Assembly (NCBI RefSeq): GCF_009914755.1
Contig: NC_060941.1
Length of the DNA stretch: 64,000 nt
Strand: one strand, 5' to 3'
Source: the human T2T-CHM13v2.0 reference genome, Homo sapiens
Below the pieces are notes generated by a model. That model ran no database searches and was not told where the DNA came from. It saw nothing but the letters and a program-made list of their open reading frames with translations. Shown here piece after piece: positions 44,944 to 64,000 of this stretch (the stretch's first letter is position 1; each line of letters opens with the position of its first letter). Both the position numbers and the translations under genes were made by a program.

Positions 44944-46320
44944 CTGGACGGCACCCAGGTGGACCTAAGCCTTCAGCTCCCAGTAGACGCTCTGGGTTTC
45001 CTACCCTGCCCAGACACTCTGGGCTTCCCCCCACACCTCCCCTCGGCCGGGGCTCCTGTGTGCATCTGTCTCTCCCAGTGCCCAGCACAGGCGTGGAACG
45101 GAAGAGGTGAATGGACCGATTTGAACACATCATCCTGGATTCTCCGTTCCCTCTCAAGCCCTGCAGCTAACCCATCGGCAAGCCCTGGAGGCTCTGCCTC
45201 CAAAATCCTGCCTATCCCATGTGCAAACGCCTCTCACCATGTCCACTGCTATTTGCAGTTCTGTGTGTGTGGAAATACTTCCACAAATTTGGAATGAACA
45301 GGTCACGGCTGTGCCTGGAGGGAATGGCCAGGGAAATGTGCCCTCGCCTTGCTGTTCTATCCAGGCCCACCCAGCTGAGGATGGGGGACCTGCCACCACT
45401 CTCCTGGCAGTTCCGGACTCCTGGGAACCGGCAGGTGAGGACCCAAGAGTGTTTTCAGTGACCCGGCTGACCTGGTCATCCGTCAGTCCCACCTTGGCCT
45501 AGGCCTCTATACAGCACAGATCACAGCTCATTCCATCCTGGCATTACACTGGCCTGTGCCCTGTCCTCAGGGTCACATCCGTCTCCCAGAAGCCGTGCAA
45601 CCCTGGAAAACCCAGGTCTAACAGTCAGGTTCCTCCTCCGTGCATTAACAATGGCGTTGACGCCTGCTTTGCGGCACGCTGGGAGGGGAGAGGGAGGTGT
45701 ATGCTGGAGAGCTCCCCAGGGGCAAGGCCTGGCTCTGCGTCACCCACTGTCAGATCCTGAGAGCCTGGGGCTGGCCCAGCACGTGGCCACCGTTCCCTAA
45801 GAGTTGGATTTCATCCCTCAGTGCTGAAGGCAGGGGATAGAGCTTAGACAGACCCCCTGCGTCCTGTCTTCTTTATCTACAGCTTTCTCATCCTTGCCCC
45901 TTTCACGTGCACCCGGCAGAGCAGGTGTTCACTGAGCTTGAGCAAAATTCAAGCTAGAGCAGCTGATGGATCTTGAGGCCTAGATTCACTGTCAAAGTGT
46001 TTCTCAAACGGTGCTCTCCAGAACACCAAGGAAAACTCATTGACTGTGTAAGTCTGAAAATCCCTGCCCACCGGTCTACCTTTGTGTATGAGCGATCAGC
46101 TCTACCATTCAGCCCAGGTGTGTGTTTGCTGGACCATGTGGAGGAAGCTGAAGAGACGTGAGCTGAAGGCAGAGGGTGAGTCCAAGGTGGGATCTTGGGA
46201 CAGGTACGAGAAGTTAGGCAAAAATGGGATAATTCTAGCCTTCATAACCTTAGATAATAGTTCACATTATTATTTAGTTAATAGAACTGTACCCACATTA
46301 AATTTCTTAAATTTTTTTAA

Positions 46321-46503
<183 letters not shown>

Positions 46504-46740
46504 TAGGTTTCCCAGGCTGGTCTCAGACTTCTAGACTCAAGTGAACCTGAACCTCCCGCCTCGACCTCTCAAATTGCTGGGATTACAGGTGTGAGCCACC
46601 ACACCCGGCCTAAATTTCTTATGTGCCATGGGACTGCAAAACATCATTATTAGGGGCAGCTGGATGGAAGGTATAGGAGGATACTATAGTGCCTTTTCAA
46701 TATTTCTGTCTAAAATCTAAAATCATTTCAACAGGAAACA

Positions 46741-46746
46741 TTTATT
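46741..46746 (-). terminator. Polyadenylation signal of right TBC1D3 copy
   Basis: TTTATT on + (AATAAA on -), the mirror of 3906-3911. Confidence 0.8.
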
Positions 46747-47037
46747 TCAAAACATGAAGGTGGTTATCCTTCCATGAGTTTGAAGTACAAAGGCAGGCTC
46801 ACGGTGTCGTCAGAATTCAGAACGATGGTCGTGGGGCTGGGGGTGCTGGGAGGGGCTGGGCATGGTTGGCTTTGTGATCTGGGGTCTGGTGTGTTCCATC
46901 TCTGAATCTCTCTCGAGCTGCACTCTTTCTTAATACATTTTCATAAGTTTAACCAAAAATAAAACGAGGATGCGAAGCTTGCTTGGGTTGTTAAGCCTAG
47001 GGAAATTATCCAGCCATGAGCCCTGGCCCAGATGCTT

Positions 47038-56085
<9,048 letters not shown>

Positions 56086-57514
56086 CCTGTGAGACAGAAT
56101 TGTCTAAAGGTCACACCGTACGCGGCGGCTTCGGAGAACACCTGAACCGCTCTCGCCGGGCTCCCAGATGCTGGCTGGCTGCGTAACCCCCATTCCACCG
56201 CCGCCCCCAGGGAAAAAGGGGCCAGACCCAGTGGCCCACAGCTGCTCCAGTCTCTGGAGTCTCAAGTCCCAAGCAGGGGTGGGCATCTTCCCAAGGACTT
56301 GAGTACAGTGGGACCTAGACAGAGAATCCTGTTGTCCCCCAATGCCATGAAATGGGGACACACCGGCCCCAGCAGGTTGAATGGTTTCCACCTGCCAAGG
56401 GTGAAGGGCCCATGATGGGCTATTCCAGGGATGTGGAGGCAGACTGGGGTCAGCGACCAGAGGTCTCTGTGCAATCGGCCTCCTGGGATGCTCAGGGCCT
56501 CAGCGATGCCCAGTTTCCTACAGGGAACAAGATCTCTCCCGACTGCTCGGTTCTACTCCGCTCATCACTTTGGCTACCGTGGCTCTTCAGTCTGAACAGT
56601 GAAGCCACTTTAGGAATAACGCCTGTTGAGCAGGAGGGTGTTGGGTTTGGGGGATGAGGAAGATCTATTGTACGCATGGAAACCACGTCTCTCGCGGAGG
56701 GACTGTGGAGTCCACCATTCTGAGCCGTCCCAACAGGAGGAGGCTTCATTTTCCTGGGTCACTGAGGAAGAACAGTGGGTCCTTGGTCCTGAAGAACAGC
56801 TGGATGGACCGTCCCTCCTGGGAATACTCGAGGCAAAAGGAGGGCGAGGCTTCAAGAGGACCACGCAGAGCAAGAAATACCTGGGGAGAACCCTAGTGCC
56901 CGGACCCCTTTGAACACAAGGGAAGATAGTCTCCCCTCAGCCAGCCCTCCAGGGCTCCTTCATTTTCCACAGCTGCCCAAGGGCAGCAGGCTCCCCCGGA
57001 CAAGGGACCATGTGTGTTCAGTGGGGCCCACAGCGACCATCAGTACCCAGCTTAGGGCACAGAGGTGTTCTGAGGACCGTCAGTGGATCTGTACCAGTGG
57101 CTCTATACCAGTGGCTCTGCCAGGACCAGGCTCTGCCCCATCGGGATGGGAAACCTGGGCAGATTTGGGATCTAGGGCAGGGAGGTCACAGGGTTCAGGC
57201 CTGAATTCCAGCACAGCACACGGCAGGGCTGAGAGCAAAACTCAGGGTCATGTCCGGATTCCCAGGCCGGTTACTGCCTCTCTGACCCCAGACGTCTCAT
57301 CTGTCGAATGGGGACATTTGGGAACAGCACCCACTCTACGAAGCCACCATGGAGACGAAAGAGCCAATCGTCTACACGGGCAGTGTAGAACGGGCACCTG
57401 GTGAGTGCTCAGGGATGACCCTCCTCGGTAGCTGCCCCACAGAGGCCAACACCGCCCGCACCGTAGCCACTGCCCCCAAGTCCGCCTGGAGGGAAGAGAG
57501 CAGGTCACGCTCAC

Positions 57515-57665
57515 CTGATTCTGATGAATCAGCTGGCCTGGGTCATGCCTCTCAGGGAGAAAACCTTTGAGTCCACAGAGCTGCTCACAGATACCACTGC
57601 CTGTGTGTAACTGCTGTAGACCACTGAGGCAGACCAGAGAGCAGATAGGTGCTAAGCACCAGTGA
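57515..57665 (-). other. TBC1D3: Non-coding exon 1 (5'UTR) of TBC1D3; 5' end approximate
   Basis: Strong donor CAG|GTGAGC at 57515/57514. Splicing to the acceptor at 56086 gives ...GAATCAG|GATGGACG, which matches my recollection of the TBC1D3 5'UTR. Confidence 0.65.
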
Positions 57666-58449
57666 CATTCTGAGGTCATGGCACGAATCACAGTGGGGCC
57701 TTGCCCGGGTCAGCAGTGCCCAGAGTCAGGGTCCTCCGCTGCCTGAGGCGTCAACATGCCTGCCTGCAATGTGTTTGTGCACGTGCGTGCACATGTGTAT
57801 GTGGGTAAACACATCTGTGCACGTGTGTGCTGCTTCTCTGGCCAGGCCCGGCTGCCCCACTCATGTGTGCACCCAGTTCCTCATCACTGTCACCCCCGAG
57901 GCCCAGGGCCAGCATCAGAGCATCCATGGCTGCTCCCTAACCTCAGCCCTCCCTGCCCAGGGTGGTCCTGGGATACACATAGCGGTGGAGGGAAGTGACT
58001 GCTGCTGTTGGATCTCAGAATACAAAAGCTAGTACTATTACCTAATGGTCTTTTTAGTGTCTCTAATGGTATCGCTTTTTCATGTCTGATATTTTAACTG
58101 GGTATTTCTCTCCATGACCCTTGGATATTCTAGCTAGAGGATCCTGTGGGGAAAGTGCCGGGCACACAGTAGGGGCTCACTCTTCTAGACATGTTATCTA
58201 AAACCTGGTTCATCTGTCCTTCCACACAGGGCCTAGGGGATGCCGAATTCCAGGGGCCAGAAAGAGCTTGGGATAAAAAGAAACTTCAAGGGGACGGCTT
58301 TGACCTGGGCTGAGTCTGCCTGTGCCATCCAACTGGAGTCTCAAGTCCTGAGGCAGGACGTCCAGATGCCCCAGTGCAGGGTCCTCCTGATCAACACCTG
58401 CTCCCCTGTACTCATTAGCAACCTCACCCACCCTACTCTCAAAGCACAC

Positions 58450-58786
58450 TTGGCTCTCGTATCCAGGAGCTCTGCATCTGTAGATTCAGCAACAGCAGAT
58501 GGAAAATATTCAGAAAATAAATTGGACGGTTATGTTTCTATTGAACATGTGCAGAGTTTGTTCTTGTCATTATTCCCTAAAGAATCCAGTATCACGACCA
58601 TTTATGTAGCATCTGCATTGTATTACACATCATGAATAATCCAGAGATGGTCTAATGTCTACGGGAGGATGTGCATAGCTGATATGTAAATACTAGGCCA
58701 TGTTATGTCAGAGACTTGAGGATCCATGGATTTTGGCATCCCCGGGGACCCTAGAACTAATCCATGGATACCAAGGGATGACTGTA
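58450..58786. mobile_element. MER2 (TcMar-Tigger) element about 0.8 kb upstream of TBC1D3 exon 1
   Basis: TCTGCATCTGTAGATTCA...GGAGGATGTGCATAG...GGATACCAAGGGATGACTGTA. Confidence 0.75.
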
Positions 58787-59234
58787 TAAACTCACTCAGG
58801 AAGGCTTCTCATTGGAGGAAGGTCCCAGTTCAGGACACACAGGGACATCTCCCTGGACTACTGTCCATTCATCCATCCATTCATCCATTGTCTCCCCCCA
58901 CCCCCCCATCTCGGACTGTCCCAGTGACAGCCCTAGCAAGAAGAGACAAGAAACAAGTTCACGTTGTCCAGTTTTGAGGTAATGGAAGAAGTTGCACCAG
59001 TATGAGAATAGTGGGTCAGTTTTCTACAGGATGCAGAAAGCATATCGGGCAGCCTCGGGGTGCGGAAAGGAGCCTGGCCTCTCTAGCAGCCACACAGGCC
59101 TGCAGTAGGATGGGGCTGTGGCTGGCCATGTGGATCACTTGGGCCTCATGAGGGGAAAGGAAATACCAGGGGGGCAGAAGAGGAGCATGGGGGCAGCTGG
59201 TTGCCTAAGGAGAAGGCACCTCAGGGAAGGGGAC

Positions 59235-59427
59235 TGTATTCATTTGTTTTCACACTGATGTAAAGAAATACCTGAGATTGGGTAATTTATAAAGGAAACA
59301 GGCTTAATTGACTTGCAGTTCCGGAAACTTACAATCATGGAAGAAGGGGAAGGGGAAGCAGGCACCTTCTTCACAAGACGGCAGGAGGGAGTGAGTGGAG
59401 AACCAGTAAGTGCCACACTTTGAAACT
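59235..59427. mobile_element. Truncated THE1/MST LTR fragment
   Basis: AAGAAATACCTGAGATTGGGTAATTTATAAAG...GGAAACTTACAATCATGG...GCAGGCACCTTCTTCACAAG. Confidence 0.75.
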
Positions 59428-59639
59428 ATGATCCTCCTACCTCAGCCTCCCAAGTAGCTGGGACTACAGGCACATGCCACCACACCCAGCTAATTTTTGT
59501 ACTTTTTATAGAGACGAGGTATTGGCATGGTGCCCAGGCTGGTATCAAACTCCTGGACTCAAGCAGTCCACCTGCCCCAGCCTCCCAAAGTGCTCGGATT
59601 ATAGGCATATCAGCCAGCTGATGGAGCATCTTTAATATC

Positions 59640-59914
59640 ATATTTTTACTGTAACTTTTCTATATTGAGAAATGTTCAGGTATACAAATACTATTGTGTT
59701 ATAATTGCCTATGGTATTCAGTACAGTAACATGCTGTACAGGTATTTTGTAGCCTAGGAGCAACAGGGTATATACCATGTAGGCTAGGTGTATATAGCCT
59801 AGGACATACTGTGTAGGTTTCTGTAAGTACATTCTATGATGTTCACATATTGATGAAATTGCCTGACAACATATTTCTCAGAACATATCCCTGTTGTTAA
59901 GCAACACATGACTA
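59640..59914. mobile_element. Tigger3b/MER7-type fragment
   Basis: GTATTCAGTACAGTAACATGCTGTACAGG...GTAGCCTAGGAGCAA...CTGTTGTTAAGCAACACATGACT. Confidence 0.75.
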
Positions 59915-60324
59915 TTCCCTTGATTTTTTATTTTTTCAGAGACAGGATCTTGTTCTGTTGCCCAGGCTGGAGTGCAGTGGTGCCACGATTGCTCACTGTA
60001 ACCTCAAACTCCTGGGCTCAAGTGACCCTTCCCACTTCAGCCTCCTGAGTAGCTGGGACTACAGGCACATACCACCACACCCGGCTAATATTTTTGTATT
60101 TTTTGTAGAGGTGGGGTCTCGCTATGTTGCAAGCTGGTCTTGAACTCCTGGGCTCAATCAGTCCTCACATCCTGGCCTCCCAAAGTGCTAGGATTACAGG
60201 CGTGAGCCACCACACCCGGCCCAGACTCTTTAAGTTGGCAAAATATTCAGTTATGGAAAGCAGAATGCTGGAGGATGACCAAAGGGATAATGAGTCCTGA
60301 TTCATGTTGACCCTATGACTTACT

Positions 60325-60808
60325 GCAGGTTGAGTGTCCCTTATCCAAAATGCTTGGGACCAGAAATGTTTTGAATTTCATATTTCTTTTGGATTTTGGA
60401 ATATTTGCATTATACTTACTAGCTGAGCATCTATAATTGCAATATCCAAAATCTAAAATGTTCCAATGAGCATTTCCTTTGAGCATCACGTTGGCACTCA
60501 AAAAGTTTCAGATTTTGGGTGGGAATTGAACAATGAGAACACTTGAACACAGGGCGGGGAACATCAGACACCAGGGCCTGTCATGGGGTAGGGGGCTGGG
60601 GGAGGGATAGCATTAGGAGAAATACCTAATGTAAATGACGAGTTAATGGGTGCAGCAAACCAACATGGCACATGTATACTGATGTAACAAACCTGCACAT
60701 TGTGCACATGCACCCTAGAACTTTAATTAAAAAAAAAAGAAAGAAAGAAAAGAAAAAGTTTCAGATTCTGGAGCATTTCAAATTTCAGATTAGAGATATT
60801 CAACCTGA
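60325..60808. mobile_element. Tigger4-type element with a nested L1PA 3' end (about 60517-60755, +)
   Basis: CAGGTTGAG...CCCTTATCCAAAATGCTTGGGACCAGAA...TCAACCTG; the L1 insert is flanked by AAAAGTTTCAGATT on both sides. Confidence 0.8.
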
Positions 60809-60950
60809 ACACAGCTTCAAATAAGGCTAATTTATTTATTACATGGATCCTGACCTTGAGTTAAGTATTCAGAACAAAAATAAAATGTCCCAGCCTGGAT
60901 AGAGTGACAATACTTTCTCTCCATTTCTATCTCAAGCTATTAAAGATTAC

Positions 60951-62781
<1,831 letters not shown>

Positions 62782-63001
62782 CTAAAAACAGAAGATGAAA
62801 ATACTTAAAGAAATTGAAATGATTGTCATTCTACTAATCTAAAACACTCACATGTCCCTTCCACTATATTCCAAAACTCACAATTTAATGACCTAAAATT
62901 CAGTTCAAAACATTTCGCAAAGAACTCACATTTCTGAAAAAGAGAGAAGACTAAAAGAGATGTCAAGAAAGGCCAACTGGTGATATTAGAATTATATCTG
63001 A

Positions 63002-63373
<372 letters not shown>

Positions 63374-64000
63374 TGAACACCGGGGCTCAAGCAATCCTCC
63401 CGCCTCAGCCTGCCAAAGTGCTGGGATTACACACGTAAGCCAGTGCACTCAGTCCTAAGTAACTTTTTAAATACCAAAGGTAGAAAAGGAAGAAGAGGGA
63501 AAAAAAAAATAAGCCCATATATGGAAAAGGAAAAGACAGCAGATAAATATAGGCAAATAGAGGTGGAAAATATAATCACGTAGAATTTAGTATAGTAAAG
63601 GATTATCTCTGAAAAACAAAAACAGAAAACTATCAGAGCCAAATAAAGAAAAATGGAAATGACTGGGGAAAACCACTCACTAATGAGTTGAATGTTCAAG
63701 AGAAACTGAGAAAGAGTACTGCTTATATAAAAATTATGTGAAATTAAACAAAAATGTAGTTTAGTAATGAATGGTGTTTAAGCACTTATGGAATATAAAA
63801 TTATCACCTGTTAAATAAGAATGCATAGTAAATGGAATGGACAAAGAATATGAGTGACAGATAAAATCAGTTTTTAAAAAATTTTATTAAAGTTGATTAA
63901 GCCTATTAGTGAAAGAAAGCAGGCCAGGCACAATGGCTTGCTCCTGTAATGCCAATACTCTGGGAGGTCAAGGCAGGAAGATCACTTGAGCCCAGGAGTT

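Overview
Human genomic DNA from the TBC1D3 segmental-duplication cluster, most likely chr17q12. The layout matches my recollection of the reference arrangement TBC1D3E(+) / TBC1D3(-) / NPEPPSP1(-), but I could not verify the paralog names. Two near-identical TBC1D3 copies face each other tail to tail. The left copy (+) is partial, exons 10-14 only. The right copy (-) is complete, with 13 coding exons and 549 aa. Upstream of the right copy, in the same orientation, are three exons of a truncated NPEPPS duplicate. The ~39 kb spacer is an Alu/L1/DNA-transposon-rich mosaic of orphan exons from other chr17 genes: RPS6KB1 (-), YWHAE (+) and NOS2. The most interesting structure is a rearranged NOS2 (iNOS) pseudogene just downstream of TBC1D3. 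Remnants of exons 18 and 19 lie on +, exon 15 lies on -, and a 256-bp fold-back copy of exon 18 plus flanking intron forms a ~95% identical inverted repeat. Read-through transcription would therefore produce NOS2-antisense and hairpin RNA. The second highlight is the NPEPPS-to-TBC1D3 splice geometry, which puts the NPEPPS stop codon 10 nt downstream of the A of the TBC1D3 ATG. Gene identities come from manual translation compared with remembered protein sequences. Repeat subfamily calls are by eye and approximate. No database searches were run.
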